From Selaginella moellendorffii (Eukaryota; Plantae; Lycopodiophyta), in contig NW_003314376.1 of the NCBI RefSeq assembly GCF_000143415.4, positions 342,156 to 406,155 on the forward strand: 64,000 bases of DNA, given 5' to 3'. The notes beneath the pieces were generated by a model that made no database searches, was not told the origin of the DNA, and saw only the letters and a program-made list of their open reading frames with translations. Shown one piece after another: positions 49,449 to 61,500 of the stretch (position 1 is its first letter; every line of letters begins with the position of its first letter). The position numbers and the translations under genes are program-made.

Positions 49449-52400
49449 TGTGAGGTCTAAGTGTATGGCTAAGATGTTGTATATTAATATTAACAAAGTA
49501 GGATTTTAGTAGCCATCAGATTAGTTTCAATCCAGACCACTTGCTTAAACTAGGGTTTTTAGACTAATTTCTATATTCCATGCATTCACATTGGTGGAAG
49601 TGAAAGGCAACTTTAATTGTCTTTAAAGAGTGCTTAAATTTAGGATTCTACTTTATATTTAGATTTTGCATTGTCTAAATTTTCTTTTCTTTATAATTTT
49701 TTTAATTTCTTCTCTTTTGCTTTTTTTTCCCTTTTGTTTAATTTCATGGCAAAGTAGCAACCTCCTCCTCCTTTGATATTAAAATAATAATTGGTGTAAT
49801 TGCTTGATACTATGTGGTTGCAATTGAACAATCAAACTTAATTGATGACAACATTTACGACGCGTGATAGAACTCCTTCTGCTCTTGCTACCAATCCTCG
49901 AGTCTGGTTGGAGTTCTTCCATGGGAATTTTGGGAATGATATATACCATCGGTTCAATCACTTTATAATGATTGTCACATATCATTCTTAGGATGATACT
50001 TGGTGTTTGTATGAATTTCTCACGTGTCTCCAAAGGACGACATTGTAATGGTACAATAGTTTGAGTATAACCAATAATGAGGATTGAAGCATTCTTTCGA
50101 ATGTTTTCAAATGTGCATTTGGACATACTGACGATTGTGATAATGCTTTCTAACAATTGCATCTTCTTTGTTAAAAGCCATTTGAGTTTGTGATGCAATT
50201 TGGCATTCATTTCCAAAACCTCTTGCTTCATGTAGAGCTTAATATGTTAGAGCGGATTAAGTTGAGAATGTTATGGCAAGTACTTTGTCAAGATCTTATA
50301 GGATTTATACTTACTCTAGCCACCCTTAATAATGCTTTTTACTTGGCACAGTGTTATAAGATGTTGCCTCTTCCTCTTTTTGTTACATGTTCTTTAGCTC
50401 CATTTCCTATTGGAGATGGCCCTGTTTCAATGGAGGTTGATGTTGGTGTTGCCTAAGTGTAAGAACAAAGGCGAAGACATAATTGTAGCCATGATGTCTG
50501 TTGCTAGGTATGTGATGAAGTTAGTTACACTTATTGATGTTATTGGCGTTTTCCAGATTGACAACCTCCATTTCCTAGGTGGAGATTTTAGCATTAACAA
50601 CATCATGTTAGTGCTAATGTAGTGGAAGGTCTAGTTATTGAGATGCTTTTGGGAAATAAGGAGTCACACGAATAGCGAAGGGTCCTTACATGAATAAATT
50701 AATTACCCCTCTATCTTTCTTTTGAGAGTATCATCAAAGGGTTCACTCGGCACCAGTTCATCTAGTGTTTGTTTTTTAAATTAATTTTTTATATAAAAGT
50801 TCTCTTGTTATTCTCTCTATATTGGTTGATATAAACTCGAGTTTATCTTCTATTACTCGGCTTGTTGCCACATGTTCCCATCTACAATTGTGTCATATGG
50901 TAGAGCCAAATTTCATTGGTAATGGCTGTACAAACGCATGGACATAGGATGAGATGGATTTAGTTTTGCATGTGGGTGATTTTGAGAGTGTCATGAATGT
51001 GACTTCGGGTATTGAAAGATATTTGTTGGCCAGTCCTTATAGGCATTCTCTCTTTACTGCCATGACGCCAGGAGGTCGGTATTGTTAATTCCCTTTATTA
51101 ACCCCTCTTGTCCAAGTGTTAGTAAATTGGACTTACCATCTATACTTGGTCAAATGAGCATAAGGAAGGAATTCCGAAGTGCTTATTTAGCCAAGCATAC
51201 TTGGGGGGGGTGGGGGGGGGGGGGGGATATAAGGGTTCTAAATGTATAGTAGTGATAGTGGTTGGAATGCATATCCAACCATGTAAGACATTAGTTTGGC
51301 TTTTGCTGAGCTATATCATCCCTTATTCTATGTCTAGTTTGGGTCTAAGCCTAAGCTTAAACTCCATGTTGCTCTAGTTGCTAAGGTAGCCTTCTCCTTG
51401 CGTTAGGCCACCAATATGCTAAAATCATGCCAGACACCGTTGGACACCATTTTGTGTATAGGTGTTGGATACGGGGCTTATGGGATTATACCGGACCTCG
51501 TTTCATAACCTAGTAGGCTTGGAGTTCAGCTCTAAATTCAAGTGTGCTATATTGAAATTGAGCTGTAGTTATTGTGGGTGGTATCGAGTTAAACTTTTGA
51601 CCTCATCTTTGGTGTAGATTGGTTGCAGCGCAATCATGCCAAATATGACTTTAAAGTTTCTCCCCCTTATCTTATACTTCTTTATATATTTTCATTCCTC
51701 TCACTTTTTTTTCTTTGTCTCTTTGCTTGTACCTCTACTTCCATCATTTTTATCTCCTATTACTTCCTCTTATATTTCCACTTTATTCTTCTATTCCCTC
51801 TTTCGATCCCTCTGACAATCTTTGTGCTATAGAAAATAATCGGCTTATGAAAGAGTATGCCGATTCTTTGAATTTGACCTATCATTTAGGGCTAAGATTG
51901 CAACGCATCATCCTATTCCAATTGGGGATGCTTGTCCAATGAAGGTTTATATTTATCATCAGTCACCAAAAAAGATCAAAATTTTATATGCAAACATTAA
52001 GAAAATGTTGGAAAAGGGTGTTATTGAAAGTCATAAAATCCTTAGGCATGTGAACCTCATTTTGTGACGAAGCCTAATGGGAGTATTCATTTTTGCATCG
52101 ACTATTGTCCGTTTATTGAAGTGACAATCCCAAACGTATACCTTTTTCCTCACACTGCTGATTTTTTAGATTGTCTAGGGAGAAATTATTGGTTCACCAA
52201 GTTAAATCTTGCTAATGGGTATTGGCAAGTGCTAATGGCTAAGACAGATATTCCTAAAACTATTTTTCATACACTGTTTAATTTGTACGATTCTTGGTGA
52301 CGTTATTTGGTTTGAACAATACTCTAGGAACTTTCTAGAAAATGATGGGTGAAGTTCTTTATGACATGCCGAAAGTGACTATTAACTTCATTGATGATAT

Positions 52401-54858
52401 CTTAATCCACTTGAAAGGGTCATGGGAGGAATATATCCATGATGTTCAAAAGGTATTGGATTAGCTACAGAAAGTTGGTTTAAAGTTGAAGTGGTCGAAA
52501 TGTGTGTTTGGGTCTAAAAACACAACTTAACTTAGGTATCATATTTCTTATGAAGGCTTGCAAGTTGATCCTGACAAATTTGTGGCTATTTTAAAGTTTA
52601 TTATTCTAAAGTGTCTAAATAATGTGCAAAGTATTTTAGTCATTTTATTGATCATCTTTTTATTGCACTGGACCATTACAAGCATTACTGAAGTTATCAA
52701 CATCATCTTTTATCTAGTTTATGAACTATGAGTGGGTGTTTATGGATCTCAAAAAGTTATTAATAACTCTTTTAATTTTGGTATTCAGTTTTGTGCATAG
52801 ATACTTCTGATATTAGTTTTGGAAGTGTGTTGATGCAAAAGAGCCCTAGTGTGCCTAGTTAGTGCCATCACATTGTATATATTAGCCATATATTACAACT
52901 AATAGTGGTGAATAATTCCATGGCAAAAGAGTGTTTAGTAATAGTTTAGGGTTTTGAGAAACTTCATGTATATCTACATGGTTCTCAAACATTATTAGGA
53001 GGTGATCATCTTGTAGTTACTTCATTATTGAAGTGGAAGAACTTGGTTGGTTATACTACTCGGTGGGTTTTGAAACATCAGATATATAATTTTGATGTTG
53101 TTCATCATTTAGAGAGCTTTATGACTGATGTTAATGCCCTTTCTCAAGCTCCTCTTTGTTCTTCACTCTCTTCTTATGTTTCTAATGAGCTTGTTCTTCC
53201 AGTATTTATGGATTTTTTTAAACGAAGATTCCAGCCATTGGTGGTTGCTGTACTTGATGTCAATTGTTGTACTTGATGTTCAATATTTGCAAGGTGCAAA
53301 ACAAAATTTACCTTCTTTTGATAAATTTCGTGAGGCTCAAAAGATTGAGCTGTGGATTCGAAGGCTTTTTGATAGGTTTAAAAATCTTGTATCACTTATT
53401 GATGACTTGCCATTTTGGCATTTACATTTTCAATATCACCTTAAAGATAGTTTTTTTTATTTTGTGGGGATGGATCTTAATGATCATTATAGTTAGTGGT
53501 GCCTTTGATCTTGATTCTATACTTCTCTTCATGCCTACCATGATTCTTCTATTCTAGAGGGGTATATGGGATATCATCGTATGACTGAGAAGCTGCACAA
53601 GTCTTTTTATTAGCCGAAGATACAATATAATGTTATCCAATATATGCATAGCTATGTTTGGTGCCAAACTTATAATACTCCCTATCGTATTACAGAAAGA
53701 CGGTTAGAGTCAATTGCAATTTTCCATCCATTTAATTTGGTGGTATTTGATATGATAGGGTCTTTTCCACAATCGACTGCTGATAATAAATATGTCATTA
53801 TTGCTTCTGACTACTTTAGTCACCAGGTGGAAGTCGGTGCTCTTGCTAGCATATCTGCAACTACTGTTTGATACTTTCTCCTTTATCAAGTAGTGTTCTA
53901 GCATTTATGTCTGGAACGGATTCTTTTGGATAATGGTCCTACATTTATGGTTGAGGCATTTCATATTTTGATGTCTTGATTGGGGATATAGCACACTTTC
54001 ACAAATGCTTATCATCCACAGTTAGACAATTTGGTGGAAAAACTTGTTTAGACTTTTTAAGGGATGATCATGAAGTATGTGAACTTTCAGCATTTGAATT
54101 GGGATAGTTATTTGCCTTCTCTTCAGTATGCATATGTCATAAGAGTGCAAAATTTTATTAGTGGTTTACTATATAAACTCTTATATGGTTATAATCCAAT
54201 ATTACCAACAGAGTTGAGTTTACCTTCGGGATTGCTATGACCTAGCATCAGCAACTCATGGGATCAATATTTGACAAGCATTTTTCCACTTGTTTAAATA
54301 AAGTCTACTAAACACTTAGGCCATGTACAAGTGGGACAACAATAGCACTACACCTCTTATTATCATCCACCTACAGAGTATAAAATGAATGACTTGGTAT
54401 TAATTTTTTTTCCCAATCTTACGATATGTAGTTTATCTAAGGAGTTTGCTACTCAGTGGAGAGGACTATATTGAGTGTTGTGGCAAGTTAAACTGCAATT
54501 TTATAAGGTTTAGCAAGACATCCAACAAACCAATCCTCCAAAAATTATACATATACAATAACTAAAATGCTTTGTACAAAATGATTAAGAACAATTGGCA
54601 CCACTTACAGATTCACTGATGCCTCCTCTTGATGTTCCTCCAGATCCATCCACGAGAGAACCCTAATAGTCTTCCATCATTCCAAGAGGAGGGGATGATG
54701 TGAGGTCCAAGTGATGTTATATACTAATATTAGCATAATGGGATTTTAATAGTTATCAGATTGGTTTCAATCTAGATGACTTACTCTTGTATATAAACTA
54801 AGGTTTTTGGGCTAATTAATATGCACATTTCTATATTTTATTTCCATATTCCTTGCAT
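49449..54858 (+). mobile_element. Decayed Ty3/gypsy LTR retrotransposon, copy 2 (LTRs 49449-49590 and 54699-~54858)
   Basis: 5' LTR TGTGAGG...TCACA, PBS TGGTGGAAGTG, RT (KPNGSIHFCIDY..FTKLNLANGYWQV), RNase H end (ALSQAP), integrase (PFNLVVFDMIGSFP..NKYVIIASDYFS) and [15 protein letters not shown] at 54684-54695. Confidence 0.92.
50989..51551 (+). mobile_element. Nested, internally deleted solo LTR (same family as 31673-32593, opposite orientation)
   Basis: TGTCATGAATGTG...GTGTGCTATA with a G-tract at 51203-51226. Absent from the equivalent site in copy 1 (~33310). Confidence 0.75.
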
Positions 54859-54859
54859 G

Positions 54860-55640
54860 TTGGATCTCTTTCTAACACCACCAAAGCAACAAACAGATGC
54901 ACTCATCAATGCCTTCATTTTGGTGGCAAAAGCAGTACAAAAGAGAAAATCCTACCACCAACTAGGATTGCCCACCAGCACCTAATGGGAGCATGGACAA
55001 ATAGACACTATGTCCAAGCATGAAAGAGGGATGCACAATTGCCAGATGTGGCACAGCTGTAGAAGATCTTCCAGCGGGTTCTCAAGGCATGAAAACAGGT
55101 GTTTTTCAAATGACACAACTGCTAGATTGTTCACTAGGATCCCCAGCTACTATACAAAATCTTTCCAATCATCCAACTACAAGATCAATAGCAACACCTT
55201 CACCAACTTTACAATAAACTAATAGCAATCATGGAAAGGGGATTTGGATTTTCACATGGACCAAATTGTAGAAACCATTGCTAGGCTCCCGACCAACAAT
55301 GGAGGGATGACAACAGAACTTTTATGGGCAGCAGACACAGCATGTTTAGCTACCATTCTCATGCCAATTATTGACTATCTCCTTCACACAAGCCTTCCAG
55401 AATTCTAGATAATCAACCGCATTGTGCCTATTTATAAAAGTGGCAAGATGATGCTCCTGACCAACTATTGGATGATAGCAATATTTAGTATCTTTCAAAG
55501 CAAATTGAAAAAGAGATCTCCATGAAAACACAATGCTAGTTAGGGTTTCACAACCAATGCTCTTAGACCATCTTGTCACCTTGTGCATTCTAATAGAACA
55601 CATGAGGTTGGGCCACAACAAAACATTGGCGCCTCATGTG
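54860..55640 (+). mobile_element. Degenerate LINE ORF2 fragment (linker and first RT blocks), probably continuing 48900-49380
   Basis: Remnants NRIVPIYKSG...TNYWMIAI and GF...LDHLVTLCILIE match non-LTR RT domains 1-2. Confidence 0.6.
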
Positions 55641-56765
55641 CTAGAAGCTACATGATGAGTATGTCCTTGACAGGGATGGTCCAAAGTTGAGTTGAGCTCA
55701 CGAGTTGAGCTTAATTCAGCTCAAGTCAATGCTAGTTAACATAGTCAACCATAAGTCTTATAAGGAAATTTTAAGTCAGAAAAATGTTATTCTTTGGTGA
55801 ACTTGAAATTTATGAATTTAAGTATCAATGGTTCAGAGAGATTTCTATTTTTTGAATCTTTCTAATGCAGTTTATACAATTTCTAGAATTAAAAGTTCAT
55901 CTGAACCCATAGAAATTTTTGGGCTTTATTGGTCCTAAATAAAATGGGAATATTGAAGTTCGAATGAACCTAAAATTTCTATTGTACATTTCAACATTTT
56001 AACATTTCAACAATTGACCAGAAATATATAAATAATTTAAAACACTGATTCACTCGTTCATTCTTTAGGGTTTACAGAGATAGGAAGTAAGGAAGACAAA
56101 AAATCTATAAGTAGTTTTAGCATACAGAAATGTGAGAATGTTAATTTTATTTCACTACCACAATCTCTATATTATACACCTGGTCCTTATTACCCATCCG
56201 GGAATGTGGAGACCATTGTCACTATTGATAAAAATGCTTCTGCTACTTCCAAAACAACAATCCAGAGCAAGAGAAAAGAAGAAATGGACAGCACAGTGGA
56301 AAGCACTAATAAATCCACTTTATAAACCTTTCAATGGCTTTTGTAATCCACTAAAATATTATAAAAAAAGTAAGTTTTTTATATATATCTTATTCCTTTT
56401 GATATGTTTTGTCTTTACAAAGGTATATGATATGGACAAATCAAAGAATTAAATCTATATATGATTTTGGGATTGAAAGGTAATCTTGAAAAAAGGCATA
56501 TTCGTGTGCCTGTGTGTATTCGCCATTATTATATATGGCAGGCCAGCTATATAAAATAAGGCTACATATTAATTATATGCTAGTTTCTAGCTTCTGAAAC
56601 CCTATAGCCACTTGTCTCTCATAGTAGGTTGTAATTACTAAGACTAACAATTATCATTCAATATAGTGTCATATCATAATAAAACATCATTCCCGAGATT
56701 AAATTATAGTATATTAATCAAAGAATTCTTATTGCTGGGAAGTTTAATTCTTCTTGTATGTTACA

Positions 56766-57320
56766 ATGGTTAGGAAGAAGTTTACTTTTGGTCCCAGAGG
56801 CCTTTTATATAAGTTTTCACCTCCATCTCCAATCTCAACCAATAATCCACCTTCACCTCTACACAACAATCCTCCTTTTCATTTTGAGAGCTATTGTGAG
56901 GCTCTTCCATTTGTGACCTCGAGTGCAACTGAATAAGAACTCCTTCTTTATGATATTATTAAAAGAGTTGGATTGCCTCCAATGCTTCAAGAGCGATGTC
57001 AATATTTTCTTCAAGATCTTGCTCCAAATATGGCAGGGGAGCTTAATGTAGATACATATTATCTTTAGTGTTTTATATGTAACTTTTATTTAAACAAGAC
57101 AGATGGTTGCATGGGTTTGGTAAATTTTATTGAGCATTGTCGCAAATGCCCAAGAGCGAGTTTAGAAGGTGTGCACGCGTGGATGTATAAGAAAATCAAG
57201 AAAGAATTAAAAACACATAGCTATTATGATTTCATGGTGGAGAACAATATTCCATTGGTGAACACTACATCAATAAGTGCTGAATATGGGATATTTAAGC
57301 CACCCTTTAATGTAATGTGA
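56766..57320 (+). pseudogene. Small unknown gene, paralogue A (premature TAA at 56934-56936)
   Basis: Aligns with paralogue B: GLPPMLQERCQYFLQDLAP...EGVHAWMYKKIKKELKTHSYYDFMVENNI..EYGIF. Confidence 0.55.
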
Positions 57321-57578
57321 AAGTCATGCATAGTTTTTTCAAAAGTTTAATTTTTTATGAGTAAAGTGGAGAATCTTATATTTTCGAGAATGATATTATT
57401 CTAGCATGTATAAAGATATTATTATATATACAAGTGGTTCTGACACTGTTATAATTTTGAAGTTCCATTTTTGAGACTGACAATTTAAACTATCAAGAAC
57501 CCCTAGATCTTTTCTTAGTATAAATACTGACAAGGGATGCTTTCAACATTGAAATTTCAGTTTGTTTAGAGTGTAAGA

Positions 57579-58140
57579 ATGGCTAGGGAAAATGCTATTA
57601 CTTCTCGCACTTGGCCCCCATGCATTTCATATGAGTCTTCACCTTCGTCTCCAACTTCTACCAACATTCCACCCTTCCCTCCACACAACAATCGTTGTGA
57701 GGCTTTTTCTTTTGTAGCCCCAAGTGTGACTGAACAAGAGATCCCTCTTCCAGATAATGTTCTAAATGTTGCTACTAAAGATGGATTGCCTCATATGCTT
57801 CAAGAGTGATGCCAGATGTTTCTTCAAGATCTTGCTCCAGATATGGCTGAAACTTTTGAAAGAATGAACACATATTATCTCTAATGTCCCATTTGCTACT
57901 TTTATTTAGATAAAACGGAAGGCTGTATAGGTCTAGAAACTTTTCTAAAACACTGTCACAACTACCCAAGAACTGGTGTGGAAGGTGTGCATAAATGGAT
58001 GTATAAAAAAATCAAGAAAGAGTTAAGAACACATAAACATTATCATTTCATGGTGAGGAACAATATTTTGTTAGTAAATGCTACATCCACAAGTGTTGAA
58101 TATGGTATTTTTATTCCAGCCACTAATAATTCTTACACTA
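57579..58140 (+). pseudogene. Small unknown gene, paralogue B (premature TGA at 57807-57809)
   Basis: GLPHMLQE*CQMFLQDLAP...EGVHKWMYKKIKKELRTHKHYHFMVRNNI..EYGIF. Confidence 0.55.
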
Positions 58141-58550
58141 TGATATTATCCATCCCCCCCCCCCCCCCCCCCCCTCTCGCCTTTTTTTTATTAACAAAAT
58201 TGTATTACCTATAGATAATAAACTAATAATACTTGTAATTATGAAATTTGACAGACTGACACTATAACTTTGTCATCTCTAACACTGACACTGTCTCTGT
58301 CACTGACACTATCACTGTCGCTATCTACTGCACTAAAACTGTTAGTGTCACAATCATTATCATATTGACATATGACACATCTTTCTCATTGCAAGTGGAT
58401 GCATTCAATTGTCTTTTAATGTATCATTAATAAATAGATTTTTCATACCACTCCTCAATTTACACATTGCATATGATGTGCCATGCATACCTAGGAAGAC
58501 TTCTAGAAAACTAAATATATATTATTTATAAGTTTTTAAAACATCATAAA

Positions 58551-61500
58551 TTACCTCTTAGAAGCAATTGATAGAGAAGGACAAAAACCTCTAAGACGGC
58601 ATTTGAAGAACTCATATTCTTCAATCGCAAACATTGATCTACCAGAGTCACGTGCTGCTTCGACCATCGAACCACTACCTGCTGTGCAATCGATGACAAC
58701 ACCTCTAGTTGGGCAATAAAGCTCAAGTAGGATATGCATCACCGATGGAGATCAAAACCGATACCCAGACAATGTGTTGCAGATGTTGTCGTCTACAAGA
58801 TTTGGTATGATGTCAGTAAAGCTATTATACCCTAGCAAAACCCTTGCAACATGCTCGCTATCACGAAAACCGTCATTTTCTCTTCTGTAGAACATATGGT
58901 AGGTCCACATTATAACTTGAATAATAAAACTTTAGAGACAACCAAAATAGAAGATGATTTTTTACCTTCTTTGGCATCTCGACCCCAACACTATCCATAA
59001 TGCACCCGGAAGAGAACCTCTTGAAGTTGACTTGACTTGCATACCTCATAAGGTAGGACATCCAATGGGGGTCATTCAAGATAATGAAGGCAACTTGACT
59101 GTTTGTGTAAAGGAGAATTGCTGCCAAAAGGAATGCATCTTTCAAGTGGTCTTTAGTCAAGTTGTTCCAGCTTGGGACATCACCATTAGCATCTGGAAGA
59201 CCATCTGGCATGTCAAAGAGCATGAAGTTTGTGCTCTTGAGTGGTCACCTATGGATCTTCTGACAAAAGCGCTCCCACTTTTGCCAGATAGCCATATTCT
59301 TAGCATCCTCCTCAAAAGATGCCATCAATGAACTGTAGGAACCAATAAAGATCCCAACTTCACCACGAAATGCCACTGGAGAAACAGAGCAAATCTAGGG
59401 GGAGAAGACAAAGATAAAATGTGAACTTAAGAAAAATTTACATACTGTCATGTGGTGTGTGGTAGATGTAAGTTCCTCTAAGTCCTCTTCTCGAGCATCA
59501 AGACAAGCTAGAATGAAGTTACTCCTGACAAGTTTTGCTGCAACCATTTTGAGGAACTAAGAAAAGGAGAGAATTAAAAGAAATATACCTCAAGAAGTTC
59601 CTCAGTTATGGGGAATCATCATCACTGTTGACTAATTCCTCCAGATGTGGATTTGCATGCTTTCGTTGAGGTAGAACTTCTTGGACATTCTGGTTCTCTT
59701 GCTAGACTTCGTCTGGAGGAATTTCTTGCAAGTCATTCTCACCGCCATCTTCACTCTCCTTGCCATTGGCACCAACAGTGTTGACATTCTCATGGCTATC
59801 ATCTTCGTCATTCGGCACATCCTCATTGTTGCCTCTTGCAACCTCTCGGTGGGTTGGTGTATAATCTGGCATCTCTAATTCCCAAGGACAAGCTCTCTTT
59901 ATTGCTGCTAGAAACTTCATTGTTGTCGGGTACATACCTCCATCTAGGGTTCTCTTGTAGACGGGCCGGGATCTGGAGGAACATTAGGAGGAGGCATCGG
60001 CGGATCTGTAGATGGTATTAACCTCAGGAGTCATGTGCATACCGGTGTTTCGAGAGGAACGCCTCTATATTGGAGATACCTATAATAGAATATAAATAAA
60101 TTGAGTATAGTTGAGAAATTGTATGTTACCTAAAAGTCGCTCAACACATAAAGTAAGGTTGGCCAAGTTACTTATCAAATGGAGTCATGCTTGTGGCCTT
60201 CTTTGGGAGCCAGTCCTCTCCGAGTTTTGTAAGCTTAGTGGTGATGAAGTCCTTGAATGGAAGTTGCTCAAGATCATCCCCTATGAAAGGCACTAGAAAC
60301 ATCTCCCCTTCATATACAGTTTGTGAAATGTAGACAATCCTCCTCATCACAGTCTCCATCATACTATCCAAACCTTTTTCTCCTTCTCTGAGTCTGCTAT
60401 TGAGGTTGTTCAAAATGTGTATCTGTTCCTCATATGTAAGCTTTGATTTTGAGATATTGTAAAAAATCTCATCTGGAGTCTTGCCCACTAAGAAATAACT
60501 TTTGTTAGTAACCTTTATGTAAACGCAAACAATACTTACTTTCATGACAAGCAATCTCTATTATAATATCAAACCACTCCTTCGGGTGTTGAGGGTCAAC
60601 CACACTAAGTAATTTCTTTACCTTTGTCTTCTTTGTGTTATTGATTTTCCTGTCAATTGCAGCTAAATGCTCCAAGAGTTGTTGATCATTTTCAGCTCGA
60701 TGCGATTGTGCATATGCATCTTGCTTAACCTTCATCAATGGCTGAAGATAACACAAACATTCTATGATAAGAAGTATACTTGGAAGAACATACCTTACTC
60801 CACATAGCTATCATAAAAGCCACTGAATTCTTGTACCATCTATTGGCATTTTGACAACCTTGTTGATGCCGAATAAGTGATGCTAAATCATCACCATAGT
60901 GACTGTAGATTGCATCCTCGTTGAGATTGGCAAGAAACTAGATTTGCTTGATATCATGTACTAGGTTTTGTTTCTGCACTGCAAACTGTCCCAACCTGCA
61001 AAACACAAATTCTTAAAAGTGATTGAAGAGGGAGGGGTACTTACGCATTAATTTTGTGGCAAGCTATCACAAGCCTTGCCACATCTAGAGATCCTCTTGT
61101 GTGTACATGTCCAACCCGAACATTGATGTGATAGACAGGATCGTCTCGGAAGCATTCATTGATGCACTTCATCCACGCACACTAGTGATGATTCCTGTCG
61201 ATAATGTAGAACATTTTCCCCACAAATTGTTGAGTCTCAAGATGGCTCATAAGCATGTTGTCAAATTTGCGAGACTTCATTTTCCAAATGTCATCCCAAG
61301 CCCTCTCGATTTCCGGTGACACCGAGAGGGTATTTGTTGTTCCTGGCTTGAAGACCGAAACAAGGAACATACCTATATTTGTCCCAAGGCCATTTTGTTT
61401 GTACAGACTATAGATGTCCATGTTGACAAAGTGCGGTGAAATAGACTGAACAATGCTTGTCTGAGTGAATTGACATAGTGGGATTTCTCAGATCATGTCT

